NCBI GenBank assembly: GCA_965223325.1
Contig: CBDCWI010000001.1
Location: 736,001-800,000 of the forward strand
Source of the DNA: Candidatus Multivoradales bacterium
GTDB lineage: Bacteria; Acidobacteriota; Thermoanaerobaculia; Multivoradales; Multivoraceae
Direction: 5' to 3'
DNA: 64,000 nucleotides
The notes under the pieces were generated by a model. That model was not told where the DNA came from. It made no database searches and saw only the letters and a program-made list of their open reading frames with translations. Position 1 is the first letter of the stretch, and the number at the start of each line of letters is the position of its first letter. Both the position numbers and the translations under genes were made by a program. Shown piece by piece: positions 29,397 to 38,463 of the stretch.

Positions 29397-32300
29397 TCAC
29401 GGTCCTGGCGGTGTCGGCCGGGCTCCCAGGTCATCGAGTGCCTGCGCGACGCGCTCGACTTCCGCGACGATTCTCTCGTAGGTCGCTTCGACTTCCGAGA
29501 GTTGGCGTAGGGCCTCCGCCTGTAGCTCGCGGTGGGTGTTTGTCGGACCGCCGGTCGTTCCCCAAACGCCCTCGGTGATCGTGTATACGGCACCCTGAAT
29601 CGACAACCGGGTGGGCTCTAAGAGGCGCGCGCGCGGCCCGCCGCCGTAGAGCACTTCGTCGGCCGCCAGGCGTTCACGCTCTCGTCGAAGCAGCGAAGCC
29701 AACAGGTTGTCGGGAGCGCCGGGTGTGCCGAGAAACGCCGCCTTCAAATGAGCGATCCGATCACCCAGGGCTTCGGTTCGAAGAGCCGCAGCGTTGGCGC
29801 GCCGCGTGAGCGCCAGGGTCTCGAGATGAAAACCCTCACTGGCGGCATACGCTTGACCTCTCTCGGCCGCTCTCCCCGGCGGAGCGACGACCTCGAAGCT
29901 CTGCGACTCACCGACGGTTTCGAGGGTTCCGTTGTCGGCGACTCGCGTCAGGCGTACCGAGTACGTTCCCGGAACCACCAGCGGGCCGCGCGGCGGCGTG
30001 ACCCAGGGTGGCAGATCGCCGGCCTCTTCGATCGACAGCGCCTCACCTGGGGATCGACGCAGGTCCCAGGTCACCGTGTGCAGGCCAGCCTCAGCTGGCC
30101 CGCTCAGCCGCCGCACGGGCTTCCCGTCTGCCGAAGAGATCTCGAGCACCGTCTTGGCCAACCTGGTCGACTCGTCCAGATCTTCGGCGGCCAGGACTTC
30201 CCAGCCCGGGAAGGGAACGTCGGCGCCCTCTTCGGCAAGCGCCTTCTCTCCTTTGCGCCGAGCCTTCTTTCCGGTGGGTTCGGCCTCGGGCAGCCAGTAG
30301 CGAACGGTGGCGCCGTGGGGAGGATTTGGGGCGGTGAACAGGTTGCTCCCCAGCATGCCGCGCCCCGCCACGCCGAGACGCAGAGCCGGGTTGTACCACC
30401 AGGCATCGCGCACCGGCAGGACGCCTGCCTCCTCGCTCGGAGACGCAATCTCGAGCACGCGCAAGGGTGAGTAGTCGTCGAGGATGAAAACACCGCGACC
30501 GAACGACCCCGCCACGAGGTCGCTTTCGCGACGCTGGATCTCGAGATCACGAATGGCGATTGTCGGGATGCCCCGATCCAGGAGGTGCCAGGCGTCGCCG
30601 CCGTCCTGCGTCACGTAGACACCGAACTCAGTGCCCAGGAAGAGGAGCAGCGGATCGACATGGTCTTCGACCAGCGACCACACCAGGTGACGGTTGGGGA
30701 GGTCACCCCGGATCGAAGTCCAGGTCTGACCGCCGTCGCGGGTCTCGAAGAGATAGGGCGCGAAGTCACCATGCTTGTGATCGTCGAGCAGCACTCGCGC
30801 GACCTTTGCATCGTGGAGCGAGGCCTTGACCTCGTTGACGAAGGCCCGTTCGGGCACCCCCGGCAACTCGACTGCGCGCCAGGTCTCACCCGAGTCTTCG
30901 GTCACATGCACGCGGCCGTCGTCTGTGCCGGCCCAGACGACACCCGCGGTGACCGGCGACTCCGACAGAGAGGTCAGGTTCCCGTACCAGGACATCGCGC
31001 CGTTGTCGTAGAGCGCGTCGACGCTACGCACTCGTTCGCCCATCGGCATTTCGTAGCGCTCGGTGCCGTGTGACAGGTCGCCGGATACCGCGGTCCAGGA
31101 GTTGCCGCGGTCGGTACTCCGCCATACGCGCTGAGAGCCAAACCACAAGACGTCCGGATCGTGCGGGCTGATCTCGATCGGCGCATCCCAGTTCCAACGC
31201 TCGGGATCCTCGCCGGGTGCTGCCTGCGGCCGAATGTCGAGGGCCTCAGCGGTGTCGCGGTCGTAGCGCAGCAGGTGACCGTTCTGCCAGGTCACGTATA
31301 GAACCGTCGGGTCGCGCGGATCGACCGCGCAGTCGTAGCCATCGGCACCGTAGGGTACATACCAGTTGCGGTTCCTGATGCCGTGCAGGTTGTCGGTTCT
31401 CGACGGTCCGGCCTGGGTCCCGTTGTCCTGGGTTCCGATGACGACGTTGTAGAACGGCGTCTCTTCATCGACGGCCAGCTTGTAGATCTGGGTGACCGGC
31501 AGGTTGTGAACATAGCGCCAAGTGCCGCCGCTGTCATAGCTCTCATAGATGCCGCCGTCGTTGCCAGACAACAGGAACTCGGGGTCGTTGGGGTCGAAGG
31601 CGAGGGCGTGGTTGTCGCTGTGCTTGTCGGGCTCACCCACGGGAACAAAGGTCGCACCGCCGTCACGGGTCAGGCGCATGAAGACGTCCATCTGGTAGAC
31701 CGTGTCGCGATCGTGCGGCGACGCTTCAATTTCCTGGTAGTAGTGCGGCCCGGTGCCGTTCGAAAGGTAACCGTTCCTGAACTCCCAGCTCTCGCCGCGA
31801 TCGAGCGAACGATAGAAGCCACGCTCCTCCTCGCGGGCTTCGATAGTGGCGTAGACGACATCGGGATCGACCGGCGAGATCGCGAGGCCGATCTTGCCTA
31901 CTGCGTCCCCTTGCGGCAGGCCGTTGTCGAGCTCGCGCCAGGTCTCGCCACCGTCGGTCGACTTGTAGATGCCGGAGCCGGGACCGCCGGCGAGATAGGA
32001 CCACACGTGACGACGACGCTCGAAGGTCGCGGCATAGAGAACTTCGGGATCGCGCGGATCGATCTCGAGATCGGTCGCGCCGGTGTTCTCGTCGACAACC
32101 AGCACAGCGCGCCAGCTCGCTCCTCCATCCGTAGTCTTGTACACCCCGCGCTCGCCGCCCGCCGACCACAGTGGCCCTTCGGCTGCGACCCAGACGGTGT
32201 TCGAGTCCTCGGGGTGCACGATGATGCGACCGATGTGCTCACTTTCAGCAAGGCCCACCTGCTCCCAGCTCGAGCCACCATCGAGACTCCGATAGACCCC

Positions 32301-32744
32301 ATCACCGAAGCCGACGTGGCGACCCGAGACGTTCTCGCCCGTGCCGACCCAGATGACATCGGGGTTTTGCGGGTCGAGAGTGATTTCGCCAATCGAGTAC
32401 GACGGCTGGTCATCGAAGAGCGGCGTCCAGCTGGTACCGCGGTTGATCGTCTTCCACACTCCGCCCGAGCCCACCGCGACGTACCAGGTGCTCGTGCTCT
32501 GTGGATGAATCTCGATGTCGGCGACACGTCCCGACATGAGCGCAGGGCCGATACCGCGCATCTCGAGACCAGCCAACACGCTAGGGCTGCCTTCGCTGGC
32601 GTTTGCCGGAGCGCGAAACGGCGATGAGAGAGCCGCAACGAGGGCGAAGAGAGTCAAAACAGACCAGCCCCGGGTGCACTTGGGGCGGTCCGAGAGGTAA
32701 CGTCGACGGGCGAGCTGAGAGCGTTCTACGAGCGACATCGGCAA
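29397..32744 (-). CDS. VPS10/BNR-repeat (sortilin-like, GH74-like) secreted protein
   Basis: 1115 aa; signal peptide; many SxDGGxxW Asp-boxes; 'IGPALMSGR', 'GTQDNG', 'SFGRG'. Confidence 0.85.
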   Translation of the reverse strand: MPMSLVERSQLARRRYLSDRPKCTRGWSVLTLFALVAALSSPFRAPANASEGSPSVLAGLEMRGIGPALMSGRVADIEIHPQSTSTWYVAVGSGGVWKTINRGTSWTPLFDDQPSYSIGEITLDPQNPDVIWVGTGENVSGRHVGFGDGVYRSLDGGSSWEQVGLAESEHIGRIIVHPEDSNTVWVAAEGPLWSAGGERGVYKTTDGGASWRAVLVVDENTGATDLEIDPRDPEVLYAATFERRRHVWSYLAGGPGSGIYKSTDGGETWRELDNGLPQGDAVGKIGLAISPVDPDVVYATIEAREEERGFYRSLDRGESWEFRNGYLSNGTGPHYYQEIEASPHDRDTVYQMDVFMRLTRDGGATFVPVGEPDKHSDNHALAFDPNDPEFLLSGNDGGIYESYDSGGTWRYVHNLPVTQIYKLAVDEETPFYNVVIGTQDNGTQAGPSRTDNLHGIRNRNWYVPYGADGYDCAVDPRDPTVLYVTWQNGHLLRYDRDTAEALDIRPQAAPGEDPERWNWDAPIEISPHDPDVLWFGSQRVWRSTDRGNSWTAVSGDLSHGTERYEMPMGERVRSVDALYDNGAMSWYGNLTSLSESPVTAGVVWAGTDDGRVHVTEDSGETWRAVELPGVPERAFVNEVKASLHDAKVARVLLDDHKHGDFAPYLFETRDGGQTWTSIRGDLPNRHLVWSLVEDHVDPLLLFLGTEFGVYVTQDGGDAWHLLDRGIPTIAIRDLEIQRRESDLVAGSFGRGVFILDDYSPLRVLEIASPSEEAGVLPVRDAWWYNPALRLGVAGRGMLGSNLFTAPNPPHGATVRYWLPEAEPTGKKARRKGEKALAEEGADVPFPGWEVLAAEDLDESTRLAKTVLEISSADGKPVRRLSGPAEAGLHTVTWDLRRSPGEALSIEEAGDLPPWVTPPRGPLVVPGTYSVRLTRVADNGTLETVGESQSFEVVAPPGRAAERGQAYAASEGFHLETLALTRRANAAALRTEALGDRIAHLKAAFLGTPGAPDNLLASLLRRERERLAADEVLYGGGPRARLLEPTRLSIQGAVYTITEGVWGTTGGPTNTHRELQAEALRQLSEVEATYERIVAEVERVAQALDDLGARPTPPGP

Positions 32745-32855
32745 ACTCCGTGAATGAGCGGCGTCTTGAACTTGCCGCCGATCATACGGCGCGCCGCCAC
32801 CGTGGCCATCTCGCCGGCCATCTCGCCGGGTCGCGCGGTCCTCTCGAAGCGAACG

Positions 32856-35800
32856 CTAACGAATGTCGACGGCGTAGTCCTGCACCTCACCGAAAGTGAA
32901 GTTCTCGCAGGCGCCGGCCGGCGCATCGCGCTTCATGGTCACGCGCATGCGGGTCATCCCGAGAGACGCTCCAGCGGGTACCGAGATCTGTCCGGCCACC
33001 ACCTGGTTGGTTGCCGGGACGTCGAGCACCAGTTCCTGGGCGTCGTTCCAGTCGCCGTCGCGGTTCCAGTCGATCCACACCCGCCAGGTATTGAGAAAAC
33101 GTTCCCAACTGTAGGCCGGCGTCAGTTCGATGGTCAGACCGGTGGCACCGCGGGTAACCGTCGCCTGGTGATCAGCGGTCCAGTCGCTGTATTTCTCCTT
33201 CAGCGAAGTGTGGTCGATTCCAGCGAAGACCACACGCTCTAACCACGATTGCCAGGGCTGGGAGCCTTCGGACGAGCAGTAGCCAGTCGGCATCGGGCCT
33301 CCGGTGCCACCATCGGCGAGCACCTCGAAGGAACGCTCGACCGCTGGCGCCGGTAGCCAGTCGGCGTTGCCACCTTGCTCGGCGCGCACGACAACCGTGC
33401 CTTCCTGGCCACTCAGCGTAACCGTCGCACCGGCGATCGACGCTGGCCCCGACACGATCGAGAACGCCACCGAAAGCCCCGAGCTTGCGCTGGCGCTGAT
33501 GTTGAACGGTCCGGCGGTCGCGACGCGATCGGGCAGCGGCGGGAAGTCGATCGCCTGCGCCATCGGCCCGCCCGTCCCGTCACCGCTGGTCACCACCGCA
33601 TAGTCCTGGACTTCGCCGAAGGTGAAGTTCTCGCACGGCCCGGCCGGGTTGTTGCGCTTCATCGTCACTCGCATGCGCGTGGTTCCAAGGGAGGCGTTCC
33701 CCGGAACGGCTACGTTCTGCGTAACGACCTCGTTGGTCGGTGCGACATCGACCACCAACTCGCCGGCGTCGTCGAAGTCGCCATCACGGTTCCAGTCGAT
33801 CCACACCCGCCAGGTGTTCAGAAAACGTTCCCAGCTGTAGCCCGGGGTCAATTCGATCGCCAGCCCCGCGGCGCCGCGCTCAACGCTCGCCTGGTGAACC
33901 GAACTCAGGTCGCTGTACTTCTCCTTGAGCGATGTGTGGTCGATCCCGGCAAAGCGCACCCGCTGGGTCCACGACTGCCAGGGCTGGTTGCCGATCGAAG
34001 AGCAGTAGCCGGTGGGCATCGGACCGCCGGTTCCGCCGTCGGCCGTGACGGCGAAGCTGCGGTCGACTTGCGGTGCCGGCAACCAGTCGTCGTTGCCAAA
34101 CTGGTTCGCCCGCACCACGACGGTGCCTTCTTCGCCGGTCAGCGTGATCGTGTCGCCGGCGATGGTCGCCGGTCCAGAAATGACCTGGAGCTCGACCTCG
34201 AGGCCGGAGCTCGCCGTTGCCGTGACCTCGAAGGGGGCCGAGGTGGTCAGGCGATCCGAGAGAGGCGGAAAGTCGATCGTTTGCGGTTCGCGCTCTCCGC
34301 CGTCGGAGTTGACGGTGAAGCTGCGGTCGACATCGGGCGCGGCGAGCCAGTTGGCGTCGCCGGCCTGGCTGGCACGCACGGTGACCGTGCCCTCCTCGCC
34401 GGTGAGACTGATGGTCGTACCGTCGACCGACGCCGGGCCTGAGAGGACTACGAACGAAACAGTAAGACCCGACGTCGCGGTTGCCGAAATCTCGAAGGGG
34501 ACGTCGGTCGTCAAGCGATCGGGCAACGCCCCGAAGTCGATCGTCTGTGGGAGGCGGTCACCGGTGGGAACGAAGTGCGCGGTGATCGAAACGTTACCGC
34601 CGAGGACGATGGAGGTGCTCGGGTCTCCGCCGGACAAGGCGCCCGACCAATGGTCAAAGACGAAACCATCGCCGGCTTCGGCAGTGACCGGAATGTCGAC
34701 TCCCGTAAACCAGGTGCCGGAGTAGCTGTCTCCCGAGCCCGAAAGATTGACGGTGCTGAAGGAGAGCGTGCCGTCACCTGCCACCGACAGGCTGGCCTGT
34801 GCAGTTCCGGTGACGTCGGCAAAGGCACTCACGTAGTGAGCGCGTACCGCCTCAGCGCGGTTGCTGGCAAAGATTCGCAGCTTCTCGACGTGGGAGTCCC
34901 ACGCGTTCCAACCCGAGTTCCAACGGTCGAGGTGGCGCTGCATCTCGGGCTCGTAGGTGGCTTCGAACTCATCGAGACGACCGTTCCAACGGGCCGGTTC
35001 GAACAGCACGTTGAGCATGTCCGCCGAACGGTTGACGAAGTCGCGACGGAAGGTCGGGCTCTCGACCGCACGCTGAAAAGCGCGCGTCGACCAGGGAGCG
35101 TTGGGCCACCAGTCCCAGTCCGGCGTCAACAGACGATCGAGCGAGTCCTGGGTCCAATCGCCACTGTTCCAGGGACCGTCTTTGACGAACAGTCCGGTCG
35201 AGAAATCGAGATCCTTGATCATGAAGTTCCAGCGCGCATCGGGAGTGCGCTCGCGGAAGCGCCGGTTGTTGTTCGACGGCCAGTCGGCGTTGTCGACTGC
35301 GATTTGGAAGGCGTAGTGATCGATGAAGGCGGCAGGATCAACGAAGGTTCTGAACTCCGCGTACTCGCTCGGGTTGGCGAGATTGGCGCTGGCGAGGAAG
35401 GACTGGAAGGCATCCCAGGCTATGAAGTCGCCCTCTTTGGCCTCGGTCTCCTCATCGAGCAGGTCGATCTCGTCACGCTCCAGGTCGTAGCGCGCCTTGA
35501 TATAGCGGCGATCGAAACGATCGCGAATGTTCTGAATGCCCCAGTACGCGCCGTTGAGGTAGAGCACCGCCGGTCGGTGGCCCTGGGCGATCACGTCGAC
35601 AGGATCGATGCGCCCACCGACATCTGAAAGATCGCGCACCAGGCTCGAGGCCGCCGCATCACGAAACATCGTGTAGTTCCAGTCCTGTCCCGACTGGCGG
35701 AGAATCAGGGAGCGGTAGACATTCCACGGTTGGTCAGGGAAAACCGGGTAGCGCAACTCTTCGATCCCGAAGCGCCGATGCGCTTTGATCGCCAATGACT

Positions 35801-36845
35801 TCTGCGGCAGCGATGCGCTGGCACTACCGTGAATCTCGGTCTCCACCTGCTGTGAGAGCCCCAGCGTTCCGTCGGGCTCGAAGAGTTCGAAATGCGCGTT
35901 GATCTCGATGTCTTCTTCGAAGAGGGTGAACATGCCTTCGGGGCCGAAGACCTCGTCGGGATCGGCAGTCACTGTGACCACCGCGAAATCCGGTGCGTGC
36001 TCGATGTCGAACAGCCAGGTCCAGGTGGCAATGCGGCTCGGTAGCAGACCGTCGGCGAAGGCACGCGCGCGCAGAACCGTGGTGTCAGTGATGGAAAGGG
36101 CGCCGGTGTAGGGCTGTGAGTCGGTGGTTGGCTCGCTGCCGTCGGTGGTGTAGAAGATCTCGGCGCCCGAAGTCGCACTATCGAGTGCTACCGAGAACGG
36201 AGAGGTCTTGAAACCGGCCGTCTGCGAAGCCTCTGGTATCGCCGTCGTGTCGCTGATGCCGCCGCTGTTCGAAGCTCCGGGCGTCGGGGTGGGAAAGGAA
36301 AAGAAGGTCGAGCTACCGTCGGGCGAACGGCCCTCGGAGATATCGGTTTCCTGGGAGCCGAAGGTGACGGAATCGATCAGCGAACCGTTGGCGGCAAACA
36401 AGCCGATCTGTTCGCCGCCGCTCGAGAGCTTGGCGTCGACGTGCAGGGGGCCCTGCTCGGTTTCTTTGTCGAACCACAGAATGACGAAGCCGCCGGCCGG
36501 AACGACCGTAGTAGAGCTACCGCCTGGAACCTCCGACGCCGTCGGATCGCTCAGGTCGTCGGTCAAGAACATTCCAGCGAGATCGATCGCCGAGGCCGTC
36601 GGGTTGAAGATCTCGACCCAGTCGTCGAAATCTCCGTTCTCGTCCGCAATCGTGGCGTCGTTCGAGGCCAGAAACTCGTTGATGACCAGCGACTGCGCCG
36701 TCACCGGCATCGCGGCCAGGACCATGACCGTGGCCAGAGCTCCACCGACCAACAGGATGCGGCGGAGCGCCAACGAGACGAACGACGAGGGAAGAACGGG
36801 GCCGGCAAGTGAACGCGGGGCTGCCGAGGAACTGAACATGGGCAT
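32856..36845 (-). CDS. CotH-kinase-family secreted multidomain protein (lamin-tail, chitobiase/Fn3-like, CotH, Ig-like repeats, 2x GEVED)
   Basis: 'LVINEFLASN...DWVEIFN' (LTD); 'IFYTTDGSEP'; CotH 'YLNGAYWG', 'NADWPSNN', 'DLDF'; three 'Q.IDF' repeats; two 'WIDWNRDG...GEVQDY' modules. Confidence 0.85.
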   Translation of the reverse strand: MPMFSSSAAPRSLAGPVLPSSFVSLALRRILLVGGALATVMVLAAMPVTAQSLVINEFLASNDATIADENGDFDDWVEIFNPTASAIDLAGMFLTDDLSDPTASEVPGGSSTTVVPAGGFVILWFDKETEQGPLHVDAKLSSGGEQIGLFAANGSLIDSVTFGSQETDISEGRSPDGSSTFFSFPTPTPGASNSGGISDTTAIPEASQTAGFKTSPFSVALDSATSGAEIFYTTDGSEPTTDSQPYTGALSITDTTVLRARAFADGLLPSRIATWTWLFDIEHAPDFAVVTVTADPDEVFGPEGMFTLFEEDIEINAHFELFEPDGTLGLSQQVETEIHGSASASLPQKSLAIKAHRRFGIEELRYPVFPDQPWNVYRSLILRQSGQDWNYTMFRDAAASSLVRDLSDVGGRIDPVDVIAQGHRPAVLYLNGAYWGIQNIRDRFDRRYIKARYDLERDEIDLLDEETEAKEGDFIAWDAFQSFLASANLANPSEYAEFRTFVDPAAFIDHYAFQIAVDNADWPSNNNRRFRERTPDARWNFMIKDLDFSTGLFVKDGPWNSGDWTQDSLDRLLTPDWDWWPNAPWSTRAFQRAVESPTFRRDFVNRSADMLNVLFEPARWNGRLDEFEATYEPEMQRHLDRWNSGWNAWDSHVEKLRIFASNRAEAVRAHYVSAFADVTGTAQASLSVAGDGTLSFSTVNLSGSGDSYSGTWFTGVDIPVTAEAGDGFVFDHWSGALSGGDPSTSIVLGGNVSITAHFVPTGDRLPQTIDFGALPDRLTTDVPFEISATATSGLTVSFVVLSGPASVDGTTISLTGEEGTVTVRASQAGDANWLAAPDVDRSFTVNSDGGEREPQTIDFPPLSDRLTTSAPFEVTATASSGLEVELQVISGPATIAGDTITLTGEEGTVVVRANQFGNDDWLPAPQVDRSFAVTADGGTGGPMPTGYCSSIGNQPWQSWTQRVRFAGIDHTSLKEKYSDLSSVHQASVERGAAGLAIELTPGYSWERFLNTWRVWIDWNRDGDFDDAGELVVDVAPTNEVVTQNVAVPGNASLGTTRMRVTMKRNNPAGPCENFTFGEVQDYAVVTSGDGTGGPMAQAIDFPPLPDRVATAGPFNISASASSGLSVAFSIVSGPASIAGATVTLSGQEGTVVVRAEQGGNADWLPAPAVERSFEVLADGGTGGPMPTGYCSSEGSQPWQSWLERVVFAGIDHTSLKEKYSDWTADHQATVTRGATGLTIELTPAYSWERFLNTWRVWIDWNRDGDWNDAQELVLDVPATNQVVAGQISVPAGASLGMTRMRVTMKRDAPAGACENFTFGEVQDYAVDIR

Positions 36846-37069
36846 GAATCTCCTTCAGGAGACAAGACCGCCGGCGAGGCCTGAGCGTGCACGAGCCGCG
36901 GGCTCGCCACGGTTCAACTCGGGGCGGAGAGGGAACGGTTCTAATGGGACAACGCGCCGATTGTAACATGCAGAACTCGCTCTCTTCAACGGAATGGAGC
37001 CGATGCTGGCCCCCACCAACGGTAGGCTGGCCTCACCCCCGTCACGTTCATTTCACCCCGGAGTCGATC

Positions 37070-37693
37070 TTGAAACTCTACGAATCCATCGGTCCGAATC
37101 CTCGTGTGGTCAAGATCTTTCTCGCCGAGAAAAGCCTCGACGTCGAACGCCACAACGTCGACATCATGGCGGCCGAAAACCGCAGTGCCGCCTACCTCGA
37201 GAAGGTCAATCCGGCCGGCCAGAGCCCCGCTCTCATGCTCGACGACGGCACGGTCATCGCAGAGGTAACGGCCATTTGTGAGTACCTGGAAGAAACCCAG
37301 CCGACCCCTCCGCTGATCGGTTCGACCGCCGCCGAGCGAGCCGAAACCAGAATGTGGACCCGCCGCGTCGATCTGCGCATCTGCGAACCTCTGGCAAACG
37401 GCTTTCGTTTCGCCGAAGGCCTCGAGATGTTCAAGGACCGGATGCGCTGCCTTCCCGAAAGCGCGGACGGGCTCAAAGCGATCGCGCGCGACAATCTCGC
37501 CTGGCTCGAGCAGCAGATCGACGGCCGGGAGTGGCTCGCCGGGACGCGCTTTACGTTGGCGGACATTCTCCTGTTTTCCTTTCTCGAGTTCGGCAACCAG
37601 GTCGGCCAGCCCCTGGGGAATGAGTTCCCGAATCTTGCCCAGTGGTACCAGAGAGTCGAAGAACGCGAGGCCGTACGAGCCGCCGCCAAGTGA
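37070..37693 (+). CDS. Glutathione S-transferase family protein
   Basis: TTG start after GGAG; 'GPNPRVVKIFLAEK', 'NPAGQSPAL', 'AICEYLEE', 'FTLADI'. Confidence 0.9.
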   Translation: MKLYESIGPNPRVVKIFLAEKSLDVERHNVDIMAAENRSAAYLEKVNPAGQSPALMLDDGTVIAEVTAICEYLEETQPTPPLIGSTAAERAETRMWTRRVDLRICEPLANGFRFAEGLEMFKDRMRCLPESADGLKAIARDNLAWLEQQIDGREWLAGTRFTLADILLFSFLEFGNQVGQPLGNEFPNLAQWYQRVEEREAVRAAAK

Positions 37694-37945
37694 ACCTGAT
37701 CCCAGGCGCCAGCGTTGTGTCGCTTCGTCGGTCCGCCGAGGATCTACAACGAAACGTCGAGTCGTGGAATGATCTGGGCACCCCGAGCGGTTAGACCTGA
37801 CGCGTCCCTGCCTCATGTCAGAGTGGTCCTAGAGAGGAGGGCGCGCCCGCTCAACGCCGTACCTTTGTCTGGACCGTCCATCCCGGACGGCCCTACGCCC
37901 CATCAGTGAAGCGGCCTCGCATGGGCCGCCTTGGAGTCAGCCAGC

Positions 37946-38395
37946 ATGCACAGGATCGTTCGTCCCTTCTCCGATCGCCGCATCAGCCAGATGGCGCTCG
38001 TTTCTCTCCTGGCCGGTCTGCTCGCCACAGGCCTGGCGCTCGCCGAACCGAAGAACGCCAGCGCCACCGGGCCAGCAGAAGGAACCGTCTCCTTCATCGA
38101 CGACGTCTGGCCGATTCTCGATGAGGCCTGCGTGCGTTGCCACGGCGTCAAGGAAGACTTCTCGAACCTGCGCCTCGACTCGAAGGAAGGCATCGAGAAA
38201 GGTGGCGATCTCGGCGCCGTTCTAGTGCCCGGCAAGCCCGACGAGAGCTCCCTCTACCTCCGCGTTGCACTTCCCGACGACGACCTCGACCTGATGCCCG
38301 TTGAAGGCGATCGCCTCGACGAAGACCAGCAAGAGATCCTCCGCCAGTGGATCGAGGAAGGCGCCGACTTCGGCGGCTGGACCGCAGCCGAGTAA
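37946..38395 (+). CDS. Exported monoheme c-type cytochrome (planctomycete cytochrome c-like domain)
   Basis: Signal peptide; 'VSFIDDVWPIL..ACVRCHG', 'LRLD', 'PGKPDES', 'LMP', 'QWIEEGA'. Confidence 0.85.
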   Translation: MHRIVRPFSDRRISQMALVSLLAGLLATGLALAEPKNASATGPAEGTVSFIDDVWPILDEACVRCHGVKEDFSNLRLDSKEGIEKGGDLGAVLVPGKPDESSLYLRVALPDDDLDLMPVEGDRLDEDQQEILRQWIEEGADFGGWTAAE

Positions 38396-38463
38396 CACCG
38401 ACCCACTGGCGGCCTCAACCGACCTGCGCTCCCCGGTCGACGTCGGAGCGGCCAAATCGCAGT

